This document shows, piece after piece, positions 50,661 to 64,000 of a stretch of DNA of 64,000 nucleotides. The notes beneath the pieces are model-generated. The model saw nothing but the letters and a program-made list of their open reading frames with translations, was not told the DNA's origin and did no database searches. The translations under genes were made by a program, and so were the position numbers. Source of the stretch: Camelus dromedarius (Eukaryota); assembly GCF_036321535.1 (NCBI RefSeq), contig NC_087447.1:37202001-37266000 (forward strand), in the 5' to 3' direction. Positions within the stretch are counted from its first letter, which is position 1, and each line of letters starts with the position of its first letter.

Positions 50661-53600
50661 TGGCTTGTCACTAGTAGAGGCAGAGTCACACCCATGTTAA
50701 ATAAATGCCCCTCTGGCCCTGGCATGGACTGGAGGGGCAGGAAGTAGAGGTAGGGAGACCACTTAGGGCACAACTGCAGTAATTTTAGGGAGCTGGGAAA
50801 ATCTCCCAAGCCACAAACAAATGTGCAAAAATAAAGTTATTTTCTATAAACTTTAAACCCAAATCCACTCTTGGCTGAAGCTGAATCTTAGTTTAGGCAT
50901 TTCTCCCCTACTTCCTTCTCTCCATGGCTGTATCTAAGTTCTGCGGGAGTAGGGGGTGGGGGGAGGTTACAACATCCATCTGCAAGGTGAGGACAGGGTG
51001 GGGATGGGGAGAGTGGCAGTGTATCACTATTGATGCTGGCATCTGCTGGATCATCTGGGCTCCTATGTGGCCTGGGTCACTGATCCACACAGGTCATCAT
51101 GTGGCCTCTTCATCTTCTAGACAGCAAGGTCTCTTTGGTCCATGGCCTTCAGACTATTCTTTTGGAGGTTCTCTGGCCACGGTCTGTGGGAAATTCAATG
51201 GACTTAAGCTCCTAGAGGTCCTAAGTAATGACACCAGTCCTTCTGTTCCCACTCCCTGGAACACAGGGGAACTCTCCAGGTTGCTATCTTCCCAGGCTGA
51301 AAATGAAAAGTAGACCACAGGCCCTCCTTGCTCTCAGATCCCAGAACTAGAGGGGGGAACTATCACCCACCCCCCTCTTCACCCCTGCACTCAGCCTAGG
51401 CAGGCAGAACACAGGGACCCCCCCCCCTCAGAGACCCACCCAGGCATCCACTTTATCAATTTCCTCTCTGACTCTCTGCCAATTCTTCCAGCTCAGTTAA
51501 GCTTTATGCTTTCAGTAAGTATTCTTTCTAATCTATTGTTCAGGCTAAGACTTTGGCTGTTAGACCAATAATAAATGTACTTACTTTTCTGCATTTCTGC
51601 TCTAACTACCTTTCTTTGAGGCAATGGATGCTCAAGCTTTATGTTCTAGTTTTAATGGGAGAAAGACCATGGGATATATAGAAATAGTAATGGGAATAAA
51701 AGCACTAGGGTTAATATTTCACATTATTAATCTCTTAATACATGCAGGATACTTGAGGGTCTGATTAATAACAATGGCACTGGGGAAAACAAAGAGGAGT
51801 TGGGTTGGAGAGACCTTTGAGAATCAGAATCTAAAGTTTTGCTGACTGGTCAGATGTGGAGAATGAGGGACAGGGATGATTTCTGTATCTCATTCAGTTG
51901 GCATTTTGCTGCTCATGAGTTTACTCAGAATGCCTGGAATCTGCCACCAGGTACCAGGCTAGGCTTTTCTGGGTTACCCCATATGGAACCAAATCAAGGT
52001 ACTAAATTACTGAGGACTTGCCCCATATCTGGTTTCCTTTTGTTATTATTTAGCTCCCTGACTTTCTGAGATGAACAGATGCTAAAGCCTGCTAGAAATT
52101 AATGTGGTTCAGCCTAGAGTCCATTTCAAATCCAGGACCCTAGAGGACCCCAGTAATGGGAAGGGAGGTGGGCACAGACTGGCTCCCGTCCAAGCCATTG
52201 CATGTTCAGTTCTGCAGTCAGGAATAGTACTTAGTTGGGGCTGATGAGAGCCTGAAAGAATAAAAGATGGATCTAAGCAAGGCAAGGAAGCTGTTATAGA
52301 AAAGACTCCAATGTTAAGAGGGTGTGCGTAGAGGGTAGTAAAGATACTGGCTCTGCTTGGAGAAATCTAGAACCCCACTGGAGTCCTAGCGGAGTAAGTG
52401 CCAAGCAGGGCTTGTCACAGAGGCCAGAGAGGCAAGGGTCAAGGCATATCATAGGAAGACCATGGATGCAAGATTAGGATGCAGGATAACAACTCCAGTG
52501 CATCCATCAGGGCCAGTTTATCTCAGCTCACTGACAGACAAATGTCATGTTGGCTTTACACCTTTGATGATGCCCCTAGGCTGCAACAGTGGTAAGAAAG
52601 GTTGGATTTAGTAACTAACCGCAGATTCCACTAACCAGGACTAGTGACATGAGGATAGAAATCGGGAAGGGGGCTTCTTTTCTGCTTCCAGACTTCCTGT
52701 GGTTGGTCAGGTTTGTGCATGAAGATGTGAAACCCCCTAAAGCACTCTTCTTAGGGACGAGCCAACATGCCACATGGAACACTGGCCTGTGGACAGAAGG
52801 CTAAGGGGCTCCGTGTTACATAAAACGTGCCTTGTATCACCACCGCCACCTGGCTTTCAGAGCACTGTCCGATTGTTCCAAGCCTGAGTTTCTATGCCGG
52901 TTTCTTGCCAGTAGACTAATAGATGCTGGTTTCCCAACCCCTCTTTAGTTCTAGAATTTTTAGGGGGCTTTTTCTTCCTGTTTCACTACTTTCTTGGCTG
53001 TCATCGGTGTATTATTTTTACCATGGGAACATTTGCTGGCTGACTGAAGAGAAGATCTGAAATTAATTGGCAGCAAACACAAAAGCCATTGTTTTACAAA
53101 AGAATATCTTAAAGGCCTGATGTCTATGGCTCAGGGCAGTCTGGAGATGGGGGCTAAAGTTCTGGTCTCATGGAACCTGGGGATCTGGTTTAACTTCCCG
53201 ATTTATCTTCCTGCAGGCCCAGTACTAGTATTAGAACCCTTGGCATGGATACGACATCCTTGTCTGCTTGGAAGTTGGTAGAGTATATTGTTAACTTTCA
53301 GCAGCCTTTTGAGGTAGGTGGCTGGTGGGTAGTGGGGTGGGGAGTCAATATTCTCTTCATTCTACACAGGAGAACACCAAGGTTGAAAGAGGCAAAGTAT
53401 TGCTTGCTGGAGGCCATATCATTAGTCTCAGTCATTTATTCATTCATTCACTCACTCATCTCAAGTATTACTGTGTGCCTAGAGTATGGGCCAGGCTCTG
53501 GACTAGGTACTCACCATACTGAAATAAACAAGCCAGAACTGAACACAGGGTGCTTACAGTCTAACGGAGGAGACGGACAAGCAAAAGAGCATTAGAAGCT

Positions 53601-54199
53601 AACTACTCAAATACTTCTTGATAGCCTGGTACTCATGCAAGGGAGGGTGTTTGAACAAGAGCTAAATCGGGTACCAAAACTGCTCTGTTTATACTCATTT
53701 GTTAAGTCTTTAGCTAAACTGAACTCTGATGTTAATTGTCTTTTAAACTGAAGTGTTTTCAGCTCCCAGAATTATCGTAGATCCGTCCAATTTACAACTA
53801 AGCCATTATATATATAATATATATGAATGTAATCTATTAATTAAAAGCATATAACTATTTTCTGAGGCAAAATTGCTATTTCGACTCATTCAAATTTCCG
53901 GCAACCAAATATTCCTCAATGAACAGAATTTTAACATGCTAATATTTTTTTTTTACAACGTTTAGGGGCAGGAAGCCCTTTCCAAGAGCTGATATAAATT
54001 CAGTTTGCTACAATTTTGGACATTTTCTCTAGATTTTTCTACAAAGGAGTTGAGAATGGCTGGTATCAGGATCTGGGTCATAGTCAATTTCTGCATTTAA
54101 AGCCTATTTATGAGGATTATTCTCACCCTTCTGAGATGAAAAATATCAAATTTGGGCCCTCCGAGTTGGCAGACTATATAATAAAGATTACATGCCCAT

Positions 54200-54478
54200 G
54201 TATGAGTAAGCAGGTATATGTGTGTGGTTATGTACCTGCACCTTTAGGTGTGTGTATGGCTGTGTGCATGTGTGCACACACATGTATGTAGGCAAGTATA
54301 GTGAGTATGAAGGAACATGTGTGTACAAATGTTTTTGTGTGTTTTCGTTTGTGTGGGAGGCTGTGTGTAGGGGTATGTTTCTAGTGCATGTATGTCCTGG
54401 TGGGTGATTCAGGTGTGTGTACGTATTTAGGGGTGCGTGTGTGTAATACACGCGTGAGAGTGAATGTGTGTGGGCATG
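54200..54478 (+). repeat. Degenerate TG-rich low-complexity region
   Basis: Many interrupted tgtg/tatg units. Confidence 0.75.
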
Positions 54479-55669
54479 TCAGCAGTTCTCCCAGCTACAA
54501 GAGGTAATCAGAGCTCACGGTTCCAAGGCAGGAATATCAATGCCAAGGTCAGGTTTCTTGCCTGCAGCAACTTTCCTGTAGTGATCCTCCAAACATTTTC
54601 CTGGGGGGCCTCTCCACTTCTTTCCTCTCTTCCCACCAGGGGTCAACGCCCAAAGGAGCCTCAGGCAGCTTCCTGGACTTTGGAGCTGCCTCTCTGATGT
54701 CCGCCCCAGGAGTCTTGGCTGTGGCAGTCTTGTCATGTTAGACCCTCTGCTGTCACTGCCAAAGTGACAATTGATGAACAGAACTGGGGCTGCCCAGAAA
54801 CCCAACTTCCGCAGGGCCCTTTGATCTGCTCAGCCTTGGAGTGGAGCAGAGCCTGGCACAGGCGCCTTTGATGGGGCCCGGCCAGTGAGGGGGCTGCAAG
54901 CAGGCCCTGCCTCATCCCTGCTGTCTTTGATGCCTGCCCTGCCCTCCAAGGGTCAGGCTACAGAAGCAGGCAAGTTGAAGTAGGAGCCCGGCACACTATT
55001 CCCTGCATCTCGGCCTCTATAGAAAGTCACCATCTGAGTGTTGGACCTGGGGATACCTGTGTCTCAGAGATGCAGAAGCCAATTCTTAGAAACTTTGCTC
55101 TTTCCACTGCCCATTTATGGATTCAGCTAGTATTCTGGAGCACTTACAGAGTCGGCAGGGCAAAATCATTGCATGCACAGCCTGTTGAGGCAGAAAATTC
55201 AGATTAAACTTGGCTTCATATTGGGCGTGTACAGAAATCTGCGTGTGCCCCTCTGTGTCTCCATTTTCTCACCTCTCATGGGGTTGTTGTAAGGACCAAA
55301 CCAGATAGTGCAAATAAAGCACTTATTGAGACATCTATTAATTCCTCACAAACGTTAGTTATAATCATTGCAGGGAGGCTGTGTGGGCCAGTGGTGAAGA
55401 TGCATCTGTTCTGAAGTCATGGGGCCAGGGTTCAAATCCCAGCTCTGTATCCTGGCCCTATCGTGTTCTAGTTAATTTACCTCTTGGAATTACTAGGAGG
55501 CTTAAACGAGCTAATGTATATAAAGGGCTTAGAACAGCATCTGCCACAGAGTATATGCTTCATAGAAGTTAGTTTTTAATAATTTGGTACAAGAGCCAAC
55601 TTGGGCAGGATGCTATGAAAATTCTTTGCCTACCTCTGAAATAAATCTTCAGTCTTCGATGTTTTTTTC

Positions 55670-57050
55670 TTTTTTATCCTGGGAGATTGTATCTACTTCT
55701 ATAATTTTAACTGCTACTCCTTGACTCCCAAATCCTAAACTCAATTATGTCACTCTGCTTAAATTCCTTGAGTGGATTCCATTATCCAGAGGGAAATCCA
55801 AGCCACTTAACATGGCATCCCAGGCTCTCTGCCACCTGTCCTCTGCTTATCTTCTCAGTATCATAACTCATGAGCCCTCCTCTCCCCACCTCTCATGTCT
55901 TCATCTCCCATTCATACTGGGCTATTTGCAGACCAATGTAGCTTGGGGCACATTTATGTGCTTATTTATCACTGCTGTCCCCTCTGCCTGGAATGCCCTT
56001 TCCTTCATTATTGGTCTGTGAGCTCTTTCTATTCTCATATCTCAAGATCTCTCCTATACAAAGTTTTCTTTGGTCATTTCCCACACAGTAGAGCTGGCCA
56101 TTACTTCTTTCTCATGCTCCCTTCTAGACCCAGGTCATGTGTTGGCTCCTGTGACATGGCTCTTTGAGTAGGATCCTCAGCTACTGCCCTCTGGACACCA
56201 GCCAATACTGTGCCTTCACAGGACACCGAGCACAGTATATGCCTGCGGCAGACACTCAGTAAACAGCTGCTCGGCAGACTCCTTCAGTTTCTCTCTCTCA
56301 TGTCTCAGGTCCTGGCCCCTCAAGCTCAGCTCATTCAGGATCATCTATGCCACCCTTCCTCAAGCTGCTCCTCTTTAACGCAATGAATGCCACCAACCAT
56401 TTACTCAATCTTCCATTGTGGAAACTGGAGAGTCATCTTTGAAGCCCTTGCTCTCAGTCAGTATGTACACACCCTAAACCATCATGAGGATTCACTGATT
56501 TGACTGCAGAAATGTTTCTTCTCTTTATCCTCCCCTTTGCATCTCCACTTCCTCTCTGTGGAGGATGCATATGTAAATCTTACCACAATTCTCCAGGACT
56601 TAGTTTCCCATCATTTCCAGGATAGCATCCAAACTCCCTGACCTCACTCACAGGGCTCTCCAGGATCTGGCCCTAGCCTCTCTCTCCACTGTCACCCCTC
56701 CCATTGCACCCAGTGCTCCTGCCATGCCTGACAACTCATCCTTCCAGAATATGCCAACGTATACCCACCACTCTTTTATTAGACAGTTATTCCTTGTACT
56801 GCTCGGAATGCCTTTTCCCTACTTCCTCCCCCCAAATATGCCTCCTGTCCCTTGAAACCCAGCATAAATGCCACTTTGTGACAGACCTCTTTCCAGATTC
56901 TTCTTCTACACCCTCTACCCCACCTGTTGCCACCATGCAGAGTCAGTTGTTCCCTCCTGGGGGCTCTCACAGCACTTAATAGTTAGCTGGCCTTATTGTA
57001 TTGTCCCTATTCAGTTCTTCCCCTGTCTAGACTATGAGCCCTTTGAGGAC
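55670..57050 (+). mobile_element. Cluster of L2 LINE remnants
   Basis: 'tatgtcactctgcttaaa', 'ctgtcccctctgcctggaatgccctt', 'tccaaactcc...ggctctccaggatctggccc', 'ctagactatgagccctttgagg'. Confidence 0.65.
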
Positions 57051-57974
57051 AATTGTGTGAACTTAGGTTAATAACTCTGAACCTCAAGTTCTTCGTCTAC
57101 AAAAATGAGGATTAGTCATAGCCATTCCGTCTTCACAGGACATTGTGAGGGTAAAAGGACACAATGTGTGACGTGGGACTGGCTCATAAGAGGCATTTGG
57201 TAAACAAGAGTATATTTATGGCTTTTGCTGGTGGGAGGCATGCCTGAGGGAGAGGCTTCCAGAGACAAGAGTTCCAAGATCTTGCAATCATCACACCCCG
57301 CCCTGAGGTCTCAGCAGCTCCATGGTGCTTTCAAGTCGATTTAGTGAAATGCTCCATAGAAAGTTCTTCAACTCTCTACAGTGGAGTGACTACATTTGCT
57401 GTCTTGCCCCTCTGTAACTCAGCTTATTTATGTGAAATACGAAGGTAATAATAATATCATACCTATTTCATACAGTTGTCATAACTAAATGATAAGCTGC
57501 ATGTAGGTATTTGTGTTACCTGTTGTTACTGTAATGAGTAAATGGCATGGGGTAGCTGGGTCTTTATTGGGAAGATCCCTCATAAATAAATAATTTGGAC
57601 ATTAATGGGGCTACTTAAAGCTATAGGTCTCTGAAGAGATGGAGACTTGGAGATTCAAAGCCAGTGACAGCAATGGTTGCAAACAACTAGGAGGTGAGCC
57701 ATGGAACCCTGGCCCAGGACGGGACTCCTTCCCGACTCACAGACTTGAACATACATGGATAGGTTATACAGCCCACTGTGTGGCTCAAAACTCGAGATAG
57801 CTAAGGAGACTTTCGACGCTAGTCACCTCCCCTAATTCTGTAGCTAAGGGTCAGTCCTCACTTCTGCTTCCCAGCCCTAAGCCCCCTCCCTCCACAGTGG
57901 GCAGAGGACTCTGATGAAACAAGAGTTTTGCTCAAAAGTTCCTGCTGATTGCCAATCTTCCCTAGCTCTCATCC

Positions 57975-58292
57975 CACTGTTGACTTATGGCTAATCACAA
58001 AGAACAGACATCTCCAGTTAATGATTTAGTGCTTTTCTATGTATGGGAAGGTGCAAGGATCTGGACTTATTAAAATTATTCCTTAGATATTCATCTTAAC
58101 GATCTAGGGCCAGTTTCCAAAGCACAGAATGCTTCCTGTGTTTCTCCATCCTGAACTCTCCTCAGGGCGCCCCATGGGGTCAGGCTGGGTGGGGGTGGCT
58201 GCAGTGGCTGATGACTTGATCCTTGTAGAACTGGAATGGTGGGCAACATCCTTAATGTTTACTGGGACGGCTGGCAACTTTCTCTGTCCACA
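57975..58292 (-). mobile_element. ERV1-class LTR (MER41-like, cetartiodactyl type); may extend to 57521
   Basis: 'gttaatgatttagtgcttttctatgtatgggaaggtgcaag...ccatcctgaactc.cctcaggg...ggctgcagtggctgatg' resembles recalled artiodactyl ERV1 LTRs; ends '...gtccaca'. Confidence 0.6.
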
Positions 58293-58309
58293 CACCCCTG
58301 CCAGAATAG

Positions 58310-58535
58310 TGGGTAAGTGCTGGGCACAGAAGCCAGACTTCCTTGGGCACATTCACAACTTCACCACTTACTAGCTCTCCTGGGGGAAACTTACTCAGCT
58401 TAACTTTGTCTTCTGGCTTATGAAGTAGAGACAGTATCAGTACCAATCTCCAAAGGCTGCTGGGAGGTTTACATTAGATAATGCAAATAAAGATCAGTAT
58501 TTGGCATATAGTAAGCATTCAATAAATGTTAGTTA
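58310..58535 (+). mobile_element. MIR SINE
   Basis: 'caccacttactagct', 'ttagataatgcaaataaag', 'tggcatatagtaagcattcaataaatgttag'. Confidence 0.7.
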
Positions 58536-59199
58536 CCTCTTTTGATAAATTGCCTCCAGGCTACCCAACCTGCCCTCTTCTAGAGCCAATGGAAAGCCTT
58601 CCCGCTAAGTGGCAAGAGTGCATCTGAATGTTGTCAATGCTAGCACATGTGTGAGGTCACTTCTCACTGAAGAACAAAGCCCAGACTCCCCTTTCTGGCC
58701 TCTGAGGGCCCCCAACATAGACCTCATCTCCAGCTTTATCTCCGGTAAACTTCATTCATGTGCCTGATACTTCATCCCATTTGGGCTTTTCCAAGCAATC
58801 CCACCCAGCTCTGTCCTTCCTTGTTCCTGGGCCTTTGCTTATTCCATTCTCCCAATGCAGAAGATCCTCTTCACTCCACTATGCCCTTCTCAAATGCCAC
58901 CTCTTCTATGAAGCCCTCCTTGATTCTTCCAATGAGATGGAACCACTGCCTCCTTTGTCTTTTCCCACTTTACCTTTAGATTTGTATCTCAACCCTCCTT
59001 CCTACCCTGGCCCTCCTACACTTACTAAACTGCCAACTTCCTTAGGGAAAATGTTTTATCTTATTCATTGCAATATTTATGCAAGAGATCCTAACACATA
59101 GTAGGTTTTGACACATGGTATTTTTCCCCTTTATTATATACTAATCAAGGAGAATTTTTAAGCTCCTCCCCACCACCAATTTCCATACTTTGAAAAAGA

Positions 59200-59965
59200 T
59201 AAAGTTGTAGGGTGTGGGAATAGTCACCTAGCTGACAATGGTACTTAGAAATTTGGTTTCTCTCCAAGCAGAGCCTGAGATAAAGATTTATTTTCAGGAA
59301 TCGTAAGGAGATAATTCCAGTAAGCATGGATTGGGGAGGAAAAGTCAATATAAGGATCTATTGTTGAGGTTGTCTCTTCGGGCATTAGGAGCGGTATTCC
59401 ACTGGAAGCTTCAGCATGCCTCCCCAGTGTGATGCCTCTGAAGGATAGGAGGCTGGGGAATTTACCTCCTGGCTCCCATATCCCCTCAGATGAGATTTTC
59501 TACCTTGAGGTCAGTAATTCCTCTGTATTTCCAGGCTCTGAATATGTAAAGACAAAGTGGCTTCTCAAGGAGCTAGAGAGGGCCTTGGACCAGAAAGTGA
59601 AAAAATGTACAGTACACAGTTGAGATTGGACCTGGACCATTTGGGCTGAGTCTGATTTTGCATAAAGTGTCCACTGAAAATGTGGCTGAAGTCAGAAGTG
59701 GGCTTAAAGGATGTGACTTGGGACTGTCTTCGGTGGAGTTTCTTATAACAGACTTTAGGGGGAAATGGACCAGTTTATTAAGAAGTGTTTCAGAGAATTG
59801 GGCAGAGGCAGAAGGTGAATGCTAATGTGCTTACAGTAGAGGCTCCTGTGACCTCAGAAAGACCTCTGGAGCTGGGATGGTCCTTCAGAGACGTTCTGAA
59901 TCGAGTCAGGGTGCCTCAGCCTTGGTACTCTCACATCAACCAGTTATTGAATGTGAGCTGCCCCA
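59200..59965 (-). mobile_element. Old ERVL LTR fragments (LTR16/LTR33/LTR41-like)
   Basis: 'aagcagagcctgagataaagatt', 'ctctggagctgggatggtccttcaga', 'ccagttattg.atgtg.gctgcc' motifs. Confidence 0.45.
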
Positions 59966-59966
59966 G

Positions 59967-60900
59967 ACCTGTCTTCAGTTCCTGGCACAGAGCTCCTAAA
60001 ACCCATGCAATACTTAAGTTATAAGAACACCAGGAGCACTGCTCATCCTAATATTTATCTTTGAGCCTGTCCCTGACTCAGGGCTCCTAAAACCTTTGTA
60101 ATTTCCTAAGTGATAAGAGTATTAGGAGAATCTTTTCTTCTAATAAGGTGACTCTGGGTGGGCTCCTGGATGGCTCCCGGGTTGGGGCTGATCACCAGAA
60201 GGACCAAGTCATGATTACAAGCTTGGAATTTTCATCCCCACCCCTTTTTTCCAGAGAAGGGAGAGGAGATGGAAATGGAGTTAATAACTGATCATGTCTG
60301 TGAGGAAACTCCATAAAATCTCAGCAGTGAGTAGTTCAGAGAGCTTCCAAGTTGGTGAACACATCTACAGTGGGAAGATGATGCCACCAACCCCACGGGG
60401 ACAGAAGCTCCTGTGCTGGGGACACTCATAGACCTTGCCCGAGGTATCTCTTCATCTGGCTCTTCATTTGTGTCCTTTACCATAGCCTTTAATAACATGG
60501 TAAACCTAAGTGAGTATTTCCCTGAGCTTTGTGAGCTGCTCTAGCAAATTAATTGAACTCAAAGAGGGGAATCATTGGAACCTCCAATCTGTAGCCAGTT
60601 GGTCAGAATCTCAGGGGATAACCTGGGCTTGTGATTGGCATCTGAAGTACATCTGGCAGGGGCGCAATTTTGTGGGACTAAACACTTAACCTGTTTGATG
60701 TGATGTTATCTCCAGGTAGATAGTGTCAGCATCGAGTAAAATTTGAGGACACCCAGGTGGTGTCACAGAGAATTGTTAGTTCTCTGTACATTTGGTGTGG
60801 AAAACCTCCACATATTTGGTGGCCAGAAGTGACGTGTTCTGTGAGAGTAGTGAAGAGACTCATGGAAAGAAACATACATTTGGGAAAAACTGGGTTTTTC
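59967..60900 (+). mobile_element. MER21-like LTR
   Basis: 'gttcctggcacagagctcctaaaacc', 'gggctgatcaccagaag', 'gagagcttccaagttggtgaacacatc', 'ctccaggtagatagtgtcag'. Confidence 0.8.
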
Positions 60901-60929
60901 TTAGGTGGAAGACTGAGGTTTTTCCAATA

Positions 60930-61357
60930 TATTACTTTATTTGGGAAAACTGTATTTGCAGATGTGATTAAGGACCCTGAGATGGGGAGAAGACCCTGTA
61001 TTATCCAGGTGGGCCCTAAGTGCAATGATGAGTGTTCTTCTAAGAGAGAGACAGAGGGAGAAGTGACACAGATGGAAAAAGAGGCGACAATGAGAGGATG
61101 GAGGCAGAGATAGGAAGATGTGGCCACAAGCCAAGGACTGCTGGAAGCCACCAGAAGCTGGGAGAGGCAAGAAATCATTCACTGCCAGGAGTGAATCCCC
61201 ACCCCTGGAGGTAGCATGACCCAGCTAACACTTCGATTTTGGCCTGTCTGTATTGATCTCAGACTTCAGGCTTCTAGAACTGTGAGAGTGAATCTCTGTT
61301 ATTTTAAGTCACCAAGTTTTTGGCAATTTGTTATAGCAGCCATGGGAAACGAACACA
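60930..61357 (+). mobile_element. MaLR LTR (MLT1C-like)
   Basis: 'tttgcagatgtgattaagga.cc.tgagatggggaga', 'ccacaagccaagga', 'tttgttatagcagccatgggaaacgaacaca'. Confidence 0.82.
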
Positions 61358-62694
61358 GAGACACAGCATTAGATATCACTCTTTGGTTTATGCTTACACT
61401 GCATTCTGGAAAAGAACACCCTAACCTCTCAGGGTTTCACACCAAACTGGTGCCCTGCTGAGTTTCTAACGGACCATTCTTTTATTCCAGTAGACCTGTA
61501 TTTACTGATTCATCACTAATATTTGTCAGGAAATAGACCTTTATAGATATTTTGGCAATAGCATTTCTGAGCCCACCAGATCTGAGGCTATGAGAACCGA
61601 TGTGAATTTATGCCACATGCCTCTTTCCCAAGATTCAGAACAACTTGCTACGGAGAGACAAAGGGCAAATGGGACATTAAGCCATATGCAGAATGTTCAG
61701 ATCAAGTGTATTTCTCATTTTTAGCTATAGAAACATGCCTAATGGCAGCCGCTTTAGATACAGAAGCTTACACTTTGCATATATCCTATTTTCCACCCAG
61801 GTGTCATGCTGAATTAAGAAGTAAAAACATCTGAACCTCAGCAGGACCCTTTGTTTTCCCCCCTTTCTTTCCTTCTTCCAAATTTCCCTCAATGTAGAAG
61901 GATCATTATAGCTTAAATCTTCCTCTGCAAAGCAAAATGAGTCCATTAATTCTTCTAGCAGACAGAGCCTGGGCCTGCCTTCCTCTCTGTAGCTCGGAGT
62001 GCATGTCCTCCTTGGCAAGGAGAGAAAGAAAGGCTGTTGAGTACTTTCTCCCCCGTCTGTTTGATAAAAAAGCATGTTTGTTTTTTGTTCATAGATTTAA
62101 AGCCCAAAATGGGCCAGTCCTGTAAATAAAACATGGGCTCTCATTTGAAAAATTTATTATAAGGAATTTTGTTTATGATTTCATCTTCTCCAGTAATAAT
62201 TAATTGGAGGTCTTCTCTGGTCCCCACAGACCAACAATCATTCAGACTGCACGAAAGGCTGATCCAACACAGCCTCTCCCGTGTCTCATACACAGCCAAA
62301 GGAGCCGCCTCTGGGCGGCTACCACGTTAGCCTGCATTGGGGAAGTTGAGTTTATGATAAAACTTGCCTGTTCACATGTTTGGGGCATATTTACTAAGTC
62401 TGTATGAGACACTGAGGTTAGAGAACCCTGTCAGGGATTCCTTAAATAAGGAAATTCTACCTTTAAACTGTCCTAATGGCTTAGAGCTATGCTCCGCATC
62501 ACTTCCCCGGTGCTGAGAATGGAAGGTTATTCAAACTGTTTGGTCTAACAAAGGAAAGACACATACATATACACACCCACATCCACACAGTCATACAAAT
62601 GATCGTAAGAACTGACAGTGAATCAATTCCATGTGTTGGACGCTAGGCTGAGAGATCTTTTTACATGAATCATCTCAGTCTGTACAAGAAGTAG

Positions 62695-63095
62695 TTTCAG
62701 TCAGGGCAGACTGGGTTATGCCGTGGTAACAAACAACCCCCAGATCTTCATGGTTTGCAATGACAAGGCTTATTTCTCTCTCTTGCTACATGTCCACTGC
62801 AGGTTGGTGAGGGTTCTGATCCATACTGCCCTCACTCTGGGACCCCAGCAGCCACACAGCCAATATTTGGAATATGGCCTTTGTGGCAGAGCACAAGAAA
62901 GTCCTAGAGGATCTCACATCAGCCATTAAGTGACACACATCACTTCTGTTCACAATTTATTGGTCAGAACTAACCTTATGACCCTTCCTCTCACAAAGGG
63001 TTCAGGAGGTTCAGTCCTACTGTGTGACCCAAAAGTGGGGAGTCGGGTGGGGTGGTAACTGGAAATATTTACTGAAGAGAATTAGTAACTACATA
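62695..63095 (-). mobile_element. Old MaLR LTR (MLT1I/K-like)
   Basis: 'ggttatgccgtggtaacaaacaacccc', 'gtgacacacatcacttctgttcaca..ttattggtcagaact'. Confidence 0.65.
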
Positions 63096-64000
63096 ACAAC
63101 CTTAAAAGGTATGTACTCCCCCCCCCTCCACTTTACAGATTTATATATTATAGATGAGAAGACTGAGGAAGAGAAAGGATGTGTAGCTTGCTCCCGGTCA
63201 TGCATCTAATAAGTGGGGGGAGTAAAGATTCAGATTCGGGCAATTTGACAACCCACTTCCACCAACCCAACATACACACTCACTGCTGTGCATGCACATG
63301 CTTCAACTCACACACTCACTCCCTGGGGTGCCAGTTAAGTGGGGACAGGGACCCTTAGGTCAATGTGTCCTGCCTATGTGTCCAGAAGTGGAGACAGAGT
63401 AGTGAGTGTGAGCCAAAGTCCTTAAAGAGAATTGAAGGTCAAGTCAGGGAAACTATGTTTAGTTGCTAAGTCCAAAAAGCAGGATCAAGGCCAAGAAAGA
63501 AAAACAAAAGAAACTAAAAGCCAAGGGTCAAGAACAGGATGCACTGAAAGAGGAATACGGTAGACAGCAGAGAGGGGCTGGTCCAGTGATGGATGTCAGC
63601 CAAAAGAGACACTTCTGTGTTTCTGTAGCAGAGGTGGAAGCACCGACAGTTTGTTTTCCTCTCTTTTTTTTTAATGCAGGTGCCCGACTTAAGCTTCCAT
63701 TGCTGAGGCATCGGCTTCAAGAGGCATGGACTTCAACACGGCTGTCTTGAATAAACAGGTTGTCAGCTTCAGGATTTAAACGCAGGTTGCCTCCTCCTAC
63801 TGAGGCTCCTTTGTTTTAAAGATCTTGGTTGATTTCAATGACTAATCATTTGGGTCACTTGTTTTTTCTCTTCTGGTGCTTTACATTCCTGCTCTTACAT
63901 TTTAAATTCACCAACATAGGGTGAATCCATGAAACCTTCTGCTCCCCACCCTCGATACACCAATAAAAGCAGAATCCCAGATCTGCCTGCTCTTTCTCTA

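Noticed and set aside
59987..60123. Internal direct repeat 'gctcctaaaacc...taagt.ataag'
   Set aside because: To my recollection an intrinsic feature of MER21-type LTRs rather than a locus-specific structure.
63463..63750. Lys-rich ORF suggestive of a processed pseudogene
   Set aside because: The basic stretch derives from an A-rich tract; no recognisable parent, poly(A) tail or TSD.
1..64000. CRISPR arrays, operons or other prokaryotic systems
   Set aside because: The sequence is CpG-depleted mammalian DNA rich in LINE/SINE/LTR fossils; I saw no regularly spaced repeat arrays or dense ORFs.

Overview
This window is mammalian intergenic or deep-intronic DNA. It is probably camelid, inferred from a Vic-1-like SINE fragment and cetartiodactyl-type L1 3' UTRs. 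No host protein-coding gene, RNA gene or CpG island could be supported. The window is dominated by transposable-element fossils: one near-full-length, promoterless, inactivated LINE-1 (26355-31828), several short L1 3' ends, many MaLR/ERV solo LTRs (several with exact target-site duplications, TSDs), hAT MITEs, and numerous MIR/L2/CR1 remnants. Repeat-poor, motif-rich patches that look like enhancers lie between them. The most unusual sequence-supported structures are three atypical retrotransposition products: an L1 flanked by a 73-bp direct duplication, a short L1 carrying an apparent 3'-transduced segment with a second poly(A) tail, and a SINE-L1 chimera within one TSD. Repeat family names come from recalled consensus sequences, not a search. 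I found no convincing evidence for a wholly new biological system.
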